DNA from: Candidatus Bathyarchaeota archaeon
GTDB lineage: Archaea; Thermoproteota; Bathyarchaeia; 40CM-2-53-6; CAVXDP01
Assembly (NCBI GenBank): GCA_963760485.1
Contig: CAVXDP010000011.1
Location: forward strand, 574 to 64,573
Length of the DNA: 64,000 nt
Direction of reading: 5' to 3'
Shown here: piece after piece, positions 22,794 through 32,398 of the stretch
How the letters are laid out: each line of letters starts with the position of its first letter
Position numbering within the stretch: position 1 is the first letter of the stretch
The notes under the pieces: model-generated
Databases searched by the model: none
Told to the model about the DNA's origin: nothing
Seen by the model: the letters and a program-made list of their open reading frames with translations, nothing else
Position numbers and translations under genes: made by a program

Positions 22794-24097
22794 TCAAACT
22801 CCTTTCAGATCTCTGACACGGTCAAGTATGGCTCTCAAGACTTCGACGTCTGTTTTCACGCCTTGAGGCGGATCTAGGAGTTTCTTGCATTCCAGAACGA
22901 CTCCATCCATTCTATAGAGCGAACCTGTCGCCTCGATACCCATAATAGCAGTTGGAAAGACGACATTGGAGACCATGGTAGTTGCTGAAACATGCGGGTC
23001 TATCGTTACCAATGGAATTTCCGACAGATATTTTGCGACTTGATATGGAAGGTGAGCTACGGGGTCAGACGAAATCACGAGTGCAGCGTCACATTCCTTT
23101 CTTGACAGTATGTCTACTGCCGAAGTTTCGCCTGGATTGTAGAATGGATATCCCCGGCTCATATCCACTGCATAAGGGTACCCCGTTATCCACGACGTCA
23201 CCTCATTTGCTCCACACACATTAAAGTGCCCACGCATTGGCATTATCAAGAACTTTGTTGACTTGTTAAGATCTCGAACAAGGGACAATGCCGCGTCCAA
23301 GTTTCTACTCTTGCCTTGGCTCATCGTTAGGCCAACACCGTAAAAGATTATGCCGAACTCACAGCCAACGAGTAAATCAGCCAGATCCTCGATTTCCTCG
23401 GAGCTCACCCCTGCAATGACCCGTTGCTCAAGCTCTTCGCCTCTCACGCACATCCTCAAAGCACATAGAAGTTCATAGTCTCTATTCGGCTCGATTTGAA
23501 TGAAAAGGTCAGCCATCTTGGCAGTATCCGTCTTTCTCACATCAACAACAATCATCTTTCTTTCTTTTCGGTCTTGCCTGAATCTTCCTTTGCTAAGTAC
23601 CGTATACCGTGCCATGTGCCGCGGATGAGCATGAACAGGGTTCGCTGCCCAATAGACAACAACGTCAGCTCTATGCCTGACTTCGCCAAGAGTGCATGTT
23701 GATATTCCAATATCTTGAGCACCTATTAGACCTGGGCCATGACAGAAGCTGGTATTGTTGTCCACGACTCCCCCTACGAGTTCAGCAAGTTCCACACCCA
23801 CACAAGTTGCCTCTGTACTCGTGAGACTCCATCCCAAGAGAATTGGGTACTTTGCGTTTGAAAGTATGGTTGCAGCTTCCGATATTGCTTCATCAAGCGA
23901 AGCTGGGTGCAACTCTCCGCCACGTCTTATCATGGGTGAGCTGTAACGTTCTGCATGTTGTCCTAGGAATTTGCCCATCGAAACAGCGCACGCGTTCTTT
24001 GCTTCAGTTATCTTCCCATCTTTGATCTTCACCTGCAGGTCATCGCATCCCGTCCCGCAGATTGTACAGACAACATCAGGAATTGTCTTTTCACTCA
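22794..24097 (-). CDS. fwdB: formylmethanofuran dehydrogenase subunit B (molybdopterin/tungstopterin oxidoreductase)
   Basis: MopB-type protein. The likely start is MSEKTIPDVVCTICGTGCDD (ATG complement at 24095-24097), which carries the N-terminal Cys motif. The upstream 100 aa of the listed 534-aa ORF overlap fwdD. Confidence 0.8.
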
Positions 24098-24568
24098 TGG
24101 GACCCACTTCCTGCCATATGACCTCTTGATAAGACTCTCCAGTCTTGCGACTTCTTGGTCGAGTGCAGGAGAAACTTCCGCGTCGATACCCTTCAGAGAT
24201 GGCATACCACTGCCATGAGTTTGAGGATCCGTTACACGGTTCGCCCATGGACCGTATGGAATGAAGGCGATGCCTTTTGGCAATGTCTGTTTTGCCGTGT
24301 AGGCTTTCACCACCACGTCTCCAAAATCTGTCTTCACCTTGATGTTTGCACCTTCTGAGATGCCTAGGAGGCTTATGTCCTCGGAATTCAACTCGCACAT
24401 CGCAGCGCTTTGAAAATACTGTTCCGAAAACTTGCCGAGCTCCTTACCTCTGCCCTGCCCTATGGTTCTTCCAGAAATGAGTTTGACTTTCACGAGAGCC
24501 AATTTGCGAATCCTATCCGGAACGTTGCATATGGTCAAAGGATTGATCATTCTTAAGATTTGCTTCAT
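24095..24568 (-). CDS. fwdD: formylmethanofuran dehydrogenase subunit D (molybdopterin dinucleotide-binding domain)
   Basis: 157-aa protein with the typical FwdD segment (…GRTIGQGRGKELGK…KVKTDFGDVVVKAYTAKQTLPKGIAFIPYGPWAN…). It is the first gene of the fwdDBAC-mch operon. Confidence 0.75.
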   Translation of the reverse strand: MKQILRMINPLTICNVPDRIRKLALVKVKLISGRTIGQGRGKELGKFSEQYFQSAAMCELNSEDISLLGISEGANIKVKTDFGDVVVKAYTAKQTLPKGIAFIPYGPWANRVTDPQTHGSGMPSLKGIDAEVSPALDQEVARLESLIKRSYGRKWVP

Positions 24569-24593
24569 TCTGGAAACTTGTCATTTAGAGCCA

Positions 24594-24615
24594 CTTTATG
24601 TAGTTATATTGTATT
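24594..24615 (-). promoter_or_regulatory. candidate archaeal TATA-like promoter element for the fwdDBAC-mch operon
   Basis: The minus-strand sequence aatacaatataactacataaag is A/T-rich and TATA-like. It sits ~27-47 nt upstream of the fwdD ATG. Inferred from position only. Confidence 0.25.
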
Positions 24616-24787
24616 ACAGGTTTGATTGTCTGCGCGTATGGTCAATCCTGCAGGTAGAATTGACGTGCCCAAGCTAGGAAGGAGTCTTTGAGTTGCAGTC
24701 GTGGCAGTCTTGTCGGCGCTTCACACAAGCAATTTGGTTGAGTGGCCTATTGGATAATGAGTCAATTCTATTGAATAGCAAAGTGAC

Positions 24788-25177
24788 GTGGCAGTTCCGG
24801 ATATCCTTTGCAGAACCGCTCAGTTCGGGGTCCTCACGATGGAAGAGATCCTAAGAGAATTGGCAAAAGGATCATTCGACAAGAATCCCAGGCTCTGCAG
24901 AAGAGTAATCTGCAGTAAGTGTGGAACCCCTGGGAAGAAATTCGTAGATTTCCTCAGAGATGGCCAATTCGAGGTTGGAAAGATGCAGCGAATAACAGTG
25001 ACGGAACCTGGTCAATATGCTTTGTACAAATACGAGGAAGAGAACGCCACTCCAATTCTGCTAAAGATTGTTTGTGATAAGTGCGGCCAAAACGAAGTTA
25101 TTTCTGACCCCGTCCTTACCGTTGAGTACATGACAACCATCTGTAGGTCCAAGAAGCCCAGAATAACATATGTCTGA
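24788..25177 (+). CDS. hypothetical protein with two CxxC pairs (zinc-ribbon-like)
   Basis: 129-aa ORF carrying CSKCG and CDKCG motifs. Confidence 0.35.
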   Translation: MAVPDILCRTAQFGVLTMEEILRELAKGSFDKNPRLCRRVICSKCGTPGKKFVDFLRDGQFEVGKMQRITVTEPGQYALYKYEEENATPILLKIVCDKCGQNEVISDPVLTVEYMTTICRSKKPRITYV

Positions 25178-25181
25178 TTTG

Positions 25182-26748
25182 TCAACTGAACATTACGGAA
25201 TCCTGAACGTAGCTCTTCCCCGTTCTTAGAGCAATCTCAGCTTTCCCTAGTTCGTAACCAAGATAAGCAGAATGCTTCAAGTTTGATACAAGATCTAAGT
25301 CAATTATTGAGCTGTAGATCTCGATGGCAGTCTGTCCTCTCGCGACAAAATCGGCTTTTTCTCTTTTGCCCATTGGGTAGTGAATTGCTACCATTTGCCC
25401 GGCTCCTCGATCGATCATTATCTTGAAACAGCCCTTTGGATCCATCTGCAACTGCTGCCGCGTTGATCTCTGAACCTGTCTTGCGCCCTCAACATACCCT
25501 GGGTTGAACGGCTCCTCCAAGAAACGTTTCTCCTTCAAAAAGAGAAGATCGATCCCCAGACTTTTTGGAATGCACCCTCTTCTTCTGGCTAAGAACATCA
25601 TTCTTGAAGCCATTGAAAGTTCTTTAACGCATCCCTTACAGACATTACTTACTTCAGTAGTCAATAGAAGGTTTATCCCAAGCTCTGACGCGACCCCCGC
25701 TGCGAGAGCATTCACGCCTGGTGTATCAGCATCCAATAGTTCACTGACATTTCCGATTCCGGCGAACAACGGTAGCTCAGGTTCAGCTACGCGAAACTTG
25801 TGGTAACTCACAATAGACTCCACAAAGCCAGGAGAGCCGATTGGATCCAATATCAAATCGGCCAGGATACGGTTCATACCGAGGCTTCTGACAGTCTTGA
25901 TGTTTCCTTTCATCATGTCCACGCGTTTGCCCGAATCCTTAGGAAAGTATCCTTTTTCATGGTTTGTCGGTATCACAACCACAGCTACTTGACTGGCAAA
26001 GTCCGACATGGACTCAGCGTTTCCTGCGTCAACGCTCAGTACCAGATCAGCGCCGGCCTGAACACCTGCCCTAGCCTCAGCTGGATCCATGGTGTCGATA
26101 GTTATCGGGACTTTGACGGCTTCTTTTGCAGTCTTAACAGCTCGTCTCGCATCTTGTTCTCTACCGCCACCAACGGTCATTCCAATATCGACGATGTCTG
26201 CACCAGAGTGAACGTAGTATCTCGCTCTCTCGGCTATTTGCTCATCGGAAAGAAAAGGCACATCAACAATTTCTGCAATAACACGCATAGGAAAATCTTT
26301 CCCAACAGGAAGAGACCCCACCAGCATGTTTCCCGGTTTCTTCAAAAGTTCGTCACGATTCTTCTCCGATGACTCTAGCTCACCCAGAGCCCTTTCTCTA
26401 AGCTCCTCTTTCAACAGTTCACATGCTGGAACCACTTTTGATAGTTTTACATTTTCATATAGGTCGAGTACAACGGGAAGATCGGCGAGCATAACGTGGC
26501 CCCTTGAACGTCGGTATTCTGGTTACTTGCTCGATACGCCAGACGTCACCAAATATGAAACCTGGTGTCAGAATCGCATCGTATCCTTTCGGCGCGATCT
26601 CTCTCAGAGCCTCCGCGACAGCCTTAGCTGTCAATAGCGCTGCTACAGGTGATGGCAAAGCGACGACATCGTAGTCAACATGACTTTCCTTAGCATATCT
26701 TTCTACAAGACCTTTTGCCAACTGTCCCGTGATAAGTAGAATCTTCAA
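25182..26748 (-). CDS. dihydropteroate-synthase-like pterin-binding protein with fused C-terminal domain (MJ0107 family), one frameshift near 26455-26492
   Basis: The 97-aa ORF (MKILLITGQLAKG…) and the 436-aa ORF (…VGKDFPMRVIAEIVDVPFL…GADIVDIGM…TIDTMDP…) are collinear with archaeal MJ0107-type DHPS paralogs of the H4MPT pathway. Confidence 0.7.
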
Positions 26749-26778
26749 ATCGAAAACTCAACTTCAAGACGCGTAGTT

Positions 26779-27189
26779 CTATTCGTGGATTTCTTCGATC
26801 TTCTCCACATACATCAGCGTATACTTCAGATCAGGGACATATCTCATCCTCAGCAAAGCTCGAACATTACCGTACTCTGCCACGACTTGAAGGTCCATAT
26901 GTCGCCCCTTCAATGTCTCGTAGTCGTATGGATTAGCTTTCTGTCCCTTCAAAGTGCTCCTGTCTATCTTGAGTTTGACAGATTTCTTGTATGGTTGAAG
27001 AGCCATCACATTGGATACAGCATTCTCAAGAGACTTCACAATCATCTCGTTCTTTGCAATGGGAGTTCCAACGAATTGATGATATGTCGCTCCTAGAGCA
27101 ATCGCTCCCTCGAAAATTGCCCTTTCCCGGTTTGTCATAGTCTTGTCAAAGTATTTTCTCGCGATCGATTCCACATCTCCCATCAACAA
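26779..27189 (-). CDS. mptD: archaeal 7,8-dihydroneopterin aldolase
   Basis: 136-aa MptD/DUF381-like protein (…RERAIFEGAIALGATYHQFVGTPI…) in a pterin-biosynthesis context. Confidence 0.6.
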   Translation of the reverse strand: MLMGDVESIARKYFDKTMTNRERAIFEGAIALGATYHQFVGTPIAKNEMIVKSLENAVSNVMALQPYKKSVKLKIDRSTLKGQKANPYDYETLKGRHMDLQVVAEYGNVRALLRMRYVPDLKYTLMYVEKIEEIHE

Positions 27190-27194
27190 TTCAC

Positions 27195-27957
27195 CTAGAG
27201 TTCACCGAGAGTAACATTATCGACTCCATCAATCTTTTCTCCAGACCCAGTTGCATTCAATATCTCTGCTCTAGCCCAACTAGCCAACCAACTTAACAAT
27301 TCCTTTGCCATCTGAAGCTTTCTTATCTTCTTTGAGCCTGCACGATAATCCATTATGTGACCCGGCTTAGAATATTTTCCCGCAACCGTGCCAAAATCCA
27401 TTCCCAACAGGATTACGCGTTTGGCCCCAACCTCCTCCGCCAGGAAAGCCAGCTCTGTCACCATCTGTGAAACCTCCAAAATTGTACACGTGGGGACGCG
27501 CCTCTACCTGAGTCGATCCAAGTACACTCCCAAACTTTGGAACATACCTCATAAGAGAGATCTCGTTATCTCCGTGAGCGTGAATAACCACCACCGACCC
27601 TTTCTTACTTGCATCCACTAAATCTCCAACATCACCATCTAGATCCGTTACCACAATTTCCGGAACAAGATGGTAGCCCCTCAAGAGTGAAGTGGTCGCA
27701 CCGTCTGCTGCAATCGATATCGACCTGCCTTTCAGCCCCGATGTGAGATACTCATTGAGGTTTCTCTCAAGCGAGGGACCGCAACCGAATACGACTGCGT
27801 TCTCACGCTCGACTATTCTCTGGACAGCCGAGGGAAGAATTGCTTTGCCCTCTAACAACTTCTCCAGGAGATCTGCTGACTTCGCGTCCTCGGACCAATC
27901 AAAAGAGAATGCAGTGAGAATCCTTTCGTACCAAGGGCGCCATTTGTCAAAATCCAT
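27195..27957 (-). CDS. mptE: archaeal 6-hydroxymethyl-7,8-dihydropterin pyrophosphokinase (one frameshift near ~27420)
   Basis: The N-terminal 196-aa ORF and the C-terminal 94-aa ORF overlap in different frames. Together they give a ~250-aa MptE/DUF115-type protein (…VVFGCGPSLE…VVTDLDGD…). Confidence 0.6.
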
Positions 27958-28002
27958 TAGATAACGACTCTAGCAGTAGCCAATCGAAAGCCAATCCAAG
28001 AG

Positions 28003-28490
28003 CTAATGTCTCAGTTCCTTCTTTATCTGCCCTATTGTGATGGATCTCTGCGCATAGAAATCGTGTTTGTGAATACTCTCCCTGCTTCTTGCAGTGAATA
28101 CAAGCCTCGCACTATCTGGTAACTCCCGGAACCGTTTTGCCATGTTTTTCATCATGTACCGTATGCTACCCTCGGCGAAACGTGGTCGCGAGACCGCCAC
28201 CCTTACTATCTCCCCTTCATCTTGTCTTTTCAACAGTTCGAAGGTTGAGGCGCTCATTGACTCCTCTATCACTTTGACCAGTTTCATAGCATCCACGTCA
28301 ACACCCTCAGGCACGCCCATTGTGACTATTCCATATGTTCTCTGCATGTGCCTAGCCACCGGAACCTGAGCTACAATACGTTCGATCAATTCCTTTCCAA
28401 GCTTCGTATTCCTTGCAATTACTGAAATTGACTTTTCTCTGAGAATCTCCTGTGCACAAGGACATGACAGTTAGGGGTTTGCCTTCGAAC
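28003..28490 (-). CDS. small protein with a T-fold/FolE2 (MptA)-like C-terminal motif, possibly a truncated GTP cyclohydrolase MptA remnant
   Basis: The C-terminus has SRESIHKHDFYAQRS, which resembles the ESIHxHxA motif I recall from FolE2/MptA-family C-termini. The open frame extends to ~28490. It is too short (<=160 aa) for a full MptA. Confidence 0.3.
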
Positions 28491-28705
28491 GACACGAAAC
28501 CGATTGGCATTTTATCCCGATTGCACCCACCTTTGTCAGTGATATTCTTACGTCCAGCTTTCTATCTTGAACGTCAATCGATCTCATGTATGATCACACA
28601 AAAAGACCCAGTTCGATCATTAATACCCGCACACTGGCACATAATAAGTATCATTTAGTCAATCTTTCATAAGAGCTGTCACCGACTACAGGTGAGGGTG
28701 CAAGA

Positions 28706-29680
28706 TTGAAAGTAAGTATCATGACTCCGGCAAGACTTCATTTAGGGATCATTGACACTTGTGGCGAGCTGGGACGTATCTACGGGTCCATCGGGATCAC
28801 AATTGACAAGCCCAATGTCGAATTGGAGGCAACTCCTTCACGCACTCTAGGAGCAACTGGTCTGGATGCCGAGAGAACAATTCGAATAGCTAGAAGATTC
28901 ATTGAAAGATTTCCCAAAGCAACTAATGCCGATATTAATGTCACGAAGACGATCCCAGAGCATGCCGGACTAGGATCAGGAACACAACTCTCGCTTGCAG
29001 TTGGAAAGGCTATCGCAGCAGTCTCTGCACTTGATCTCAGCGTCAGAGAGATTGCGTCAGCTTTGGGAAGAGGACGAGTGTCAGGGATTGGCGTAGGCGC
29101 GTTTGAACACGGTGGATTCATATTGGACACCGGAAGAAGAAACGGGCCCGAGACTCAATCCGTCGAATCAAGTGTGTCCCTGACAGTGTTTCAGAGGAAG
29201 TTCCCGGAAGAGTGGCGCTTTGTCGTGGCTATACCAAATGTCGGCAAAGGCCTATTCGGACGGGCTGAGCAGGAAGCATTCTCGGCTCTGCCCCCAGCCT
29301 CCCCAGAACTTGTCGGCAAAATCTGTAGAATAGTAATCATGAGGATGCTTCCATCGCTCATCGAACAGAACATAAGAGAGTTTGGCGAGTCCGTAACAAC
29401 TGTGCAAGACCTCGTTGGAGAAAGCTTCAGCAGAGTTCAGGGAGGACTATTCTTCAGTCCACTCGTGGAAGATTCAATCCACTTTATGCTCAGATCTGGC
29501 GCCTATGGAGCTGGTCAAAGTTCATGGGGACCTGCTATGTACGGAATAACGGAAAGCTCCTCTCGCGCGGAGATGCTCAAGCAACGCCTTGAAGGATTTT
29601 TGAACGAGAGAGGCGGTGGTTCGGTGTTTGTTGCGAAAGCGAACAACGATGGAGCTCGAACTACTACCTCAGATGCGTGA
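28706..29680 (+). CDS. mptG: beta-ribofuranosylaminobenzene 5'-phosphate (beta-RFA-P) synthase, GHMP-kinase fold
   Basis: 324-aa protein. The N-terminus MTPARLHLGIIDTCGELGRIYGSIGI is typical of RFA-P synthase. The GHMP motif PEHAGLGSGTQLSLAVG is present. A TTG start is used. Confidence 0.65.
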   Translation: MKVSIMTPARLHLGIIDTCGELGRIYGSIGITIDKPNVELEATPSRTLGATGLDAERTIRIARRFIERFPKATNADINVTKTIPEHAGLGSGTQLSLAVGKAIAAVSALDLSVREIASALGRGRVSGIGVGAFEHGGFILDTGRRNGPETQSVESSVSLTVFQRKFPEEWRFVVAIPNVGKGLFGRAEQEAFSALPPASPELVGKICRIVIMRMLPSLIEQNIREFGESVTTVQDLVGESFSRVQGGLFFSPLVEDSIHFMLRSGAYGAGQSSWGPAMYGITESSSRAEMLKQRLEGFLNERGGGSVFVAKANNDGARTTTSDA

Positions 29681-29691
29681 CTATTCTGGGC

Positions 29692-30780
29692 TCAAAGACC
29701 GTATTTCCTTTTCAGAGTATCTGCCTCAGGCAGGTATATATGATCTAGAACCGTGCCCGTGGCGTTCCTTATCTTTGTGACTTCGACTAACTCTTTGAAC
29801 TGACCACCGGCGAGTCCATCAGCAATGAGGGCGGCTCCTTGTGCCGCTTCCTTACTAACCTGAGCAAATCTACCGACTCTTCGAACTTTGCCGAACCTAG
29901 ACAATTTATGGCTCACTGCTTCGCAGATTCCCTCTACTCTTGATATTCTTCCAGACACCAAGATCTCTCTAGGGTGGTCGACTGAGACCGATATCGCTGC
30001 CACACTCTTCAGGGCACTGTCAATGAAAGCATCGAGTGCAACTCTTTTCTTAGGAGCTGTTCTAGCTTGATCCACAAGTATTTCGGGTGTGATGGTGCCA
30101 TTGCCCGCGACGTATGCAGCCCCACCTTGAAACAACATGCCCTTGGAGAAACCTCCGAGTAGATATGCCAGTTCTCCGTCCATTGCTCCTAATGTCAGAA
30201 ACCCAAGTCCACCTGTGGTTCCACCTATTCCGTCTACGATCTCCCCGTTCTCGACTGCGATCGCAGCATTGTAGCCAAATCCCATTTCAACCAAGATGAA
30301 TGAAGTTTGATCGTAGGGAATTCCTAGGCGTTGAGACTGATCATGAATCGCGAGTACTGCACAACAGAGTTTGTCAGCTGTACCCATGTCGATCTTGTTC
30401 ACCTTTCTAAATTCGGGCACAGTGGATAGATGAATCACGCCAGGTATGAAGAACGCGTTAAATCCTTCGTCTTTGAGCATGTTGACCAGTCTTCGAAGGC
30501 CTTTCAGAACACTGATCTTCAGGTCGTCAGGCCTAACCAAAATGGTTAGAAAATGTTCCCTCTGCCCGAGTTTGCTTATGTGGGTGACAGGCAAACCATA
30601 TCCTGAAGGTGCTACCACCACATCAAGAGGCACCACGCTCTTCAGAATGCCAATAACTGACTCAGGGTTTTCAGCTATCTGTGTAGAAGGAATCGTACTA
30701 TCTAGAATGACCCTCCCATTATCTATCCCACACAAATCGAAACTGCGTGTACCGGGGTCTATTCCAACAACTCTTACCAT
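29692..30780 (-). CDS. H4MPT-linked C1-transfer pathway protein (DUF1464, ASKHA/acetate-kinase-like fold)
   Basis: 362-aa protein. The N-terminus VVGIDPGTRSFDLCG and the glycine-rich GIGGTTGGLG are ASKHA-type. The family is known from methanogen and methylotroph H4MPT gene clusters. Confidence 0.55.
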   Translation of the reverse strand: MVRVVGIDPGTRSFDLCGIDNGRVILDSTIPSTQIAENPESVIGILKSVVPLDVVVAPSGYGLPVTHISKLGQREHFLTILVRPDDLKISVLKGLRRLVNMLKDEGFNAFFIPGVIHLSTVPEFRKVNKIDMGTADKLCCAVLAIHDQSQRLGIPYDQTSFILVEMGFGYNAAIAVENGEIVDGIGGTTGGLGFLTLGAMDGELAYLLGGFSKGMLFQGGAAYVAGNGTITPEILVDQARTAPKKRVALDAFIDSALKSVAAISVSVDHPREILVSGRISRVEGICEAVSHKLSRFGKVRRVGRFAQVSKEAAQGAALIADGLAGGQFKELVEVTKIRNATGTVLDHIYLPEADTLKRKYGL

Positions 30781-30867
30781 TCTACTATCTCCAGAATACT
30801 ACGACCGAGGATAACAAGTATAAAATATCGACTCTAGATCAAGATCAGGCAAGAGGATTGAACGAGA

Positions 30868-31320
30868 ATGCAGCAGGCGATAGAGAAGATAACCAACGGC
30901 GTGGCCGTAGTAACTTCAAGAAGTGGCGACAAGATAAATGGTCTGTCTGTGGCTTGGATGAGCCAAGTTTCGACAAACCCTCCCCTTGTCATGGTGGCTA
31001 TTGGAGAAACCAAGTATACCCACGAATTGATAGAGAAGTCAAAAGCGTTTGCGATTAACATTCTATCCGATAAACAGAAGAACAACGCTAAGCATTTCGG
31101 TCTTCAGACTGGAAGAAAAGTAAACAAGCTCAGCAGTATTGAATATGAGCTTAGGAAGACTGGCTCTCCAATTCTGAAGGAATGTATCGCATATCTAGAT
31201 TGCAAAGTGCACAAATCAATCGTCGTAGGCGACCATACGATATTCGTGGGGGAAATTGTGGATGCAGACGTGAAGACCCAAGAAGCCCCGCTGATCTACA
31301 ACTCCAAGGACTATTTCTAA
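30868..31320 (+). CDS. flavin-reductase-like (FMN-binding split-barrel) domain protein, candidate DmrB-like dihydromethanopterin reductase
   Basis: 150-aa protein matching the flavin reductase domain (NGVAVVTSRSGDKINGLSVAWMSQVSTNPPLVMVAIG…). It lies within the H4MPT cluster and has no Fe-S domain. Confidence 0.5.
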   Translation: MQQAIEKITNGVAVVTSRSGDKINGLSVAWMSQVSTNPPLVMVAIGETKYTHELIEKSKAFAINILSDKQKNNAKHFGLQTGRKVNKLSSIEYELRKTGSPILKECIAYLDCKVHKSIVVGDHTIFVGEIVDADVKTQEAPLIYNSKDYF

Positions 31321-31477
31321 CATCTCAAGCTGTTTAGTCTCTTGCGTCCCAGCTCACCGAAGGCATTTCACAATGAACATGCGTAGCCCTGATGTAGAAT
31401 CAGCCATACCACCACGAAGCTTTTAGCGACAATAAACGGATAGTCTGCTTTGATAAGCTTTGAGTGTGGTCTGAGTC

Positions 31478-32392
31478 ATGAGAATTGGGAACGTAGAAAT
31501 TGACGACAACGATTTCGCAGAAGCATTTCCTATGTGGGCATGTAGAGCACTCATAACTGCTCAGGACGAGAAATGGGCTAGAACAGCCGCCCATACAAGT
31601 ACTGGGTTCGCTTCTTCAATAATAATGTCTCCCGCCGAGGCGGGTGTTGAAGGCCCAGTCGTTTCACCCGAGAGGACACCGGACGGCAGGGTAGGAGTTC
31701 ATATTCAAATCTACCACAGGACGGGAATGGAGCTCAAGCTACAGGTGCTTGGCCGCATTGGTCAGTGTGTCCTTACCTGCCCCACCACAGCAACATTTGA
31801 CGCTATGCCAAAGGCTGTCAAGAGACTCAAGATCGGTCGAATGATCAGGATGTTTGGCGACGGTTTTGAGTCCAAAGACACTCTTGGTGGCCGCAAGATC
31901 TGGAGGATTCCTGTAATGGAGGGCGAGTTCATCATAGAAGACAAGTTCGGCGTTAGGAGAGCTGGAGCTGGCGGGAACTTTCTGATAATGGCAGATAGCC
32001 AGAAAGCAGGTCTTGCAGCGGCTGAAAAAGCAGTTTCGGCAATTTCGACTGTTAGCGGCGTGGTTTTGCCGTTTCCTGGAGGGATCTGCAGATCTGGATC
32101 GAAGGTCGCATCAAACAAATACAAGCTGAGAGCTTCAACGAACGATCCATATTGTCCCAAGCTAAGGAGCATAACGGGAAATTCTCTAGTGCCAGACGGC
32201 GTGACAAGTGTCTACGAATTGGTCTTCAACGGAGTTACGCCAACTCTTCTGAAGAGGGCTACTGCAAGGGGGATAAGAGCGGCAGCAACTGTTCCCGGCG
32301 TTAGGAAGATAACAGCCGTGAATTTTGGTGGAAAACTCGGCCCCATCCAAATCAAACTCAAAGAAGCGCTTGATACAGAACCGGAAAAGTGA
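31478..32392 (+). CDS. ftr: formylmethanofuran:tetrahydromethanopterin N-formyltransferase
   Basis: 304-aa protein with full-length Ftr similarity (VEIDDNDFAEAFPMWACRALITAQDEKWARTAAHTSTGFASSIIMSPAEAGVEG…). Confidence 0.85.
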   Translation: MRIGNVEIDDNDFAEAFPMWACRALITAQDEKWARTAAHTSTGFASSIIMSPAEAGVEGPVVSPERTPDGRVGVHIQIYHRTGMELKLQVLGRIGQCVLTCPTTATFDAMPKAVKRLKIGRMIRMFGDGFESKDTLGGRKIWRIPVMEGEFIIEDKFGVRRAGAGGNFLIMADSQKAGLAAAEKAVSAISTVSGVVLPFPGGICRSGSKVASNKYKLRASTNDPYCPKLRSITGNSLVPDGVTSVYELVFNGVTPTLLKRATARGIRAAATVPGVRKITAVNFGGKLGPIQIKLKEALDTEPEK

Positions 32393-32398
32393 GAGAGG

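Noticed and set aside
24643-24655. AATCCTGCAGGTA 13-mer (containing the CCTGCAGG palindrome) shared by the fwdD/24788 and ade/CitG-like divergent promoter regions (second copy 37803..37815)
   Set aside because: Exact 13-mer matches are expected many times by chance in 2x64 kb. With only two occurrences I cannot distinguish a regulator site from coincidence. Noted only.
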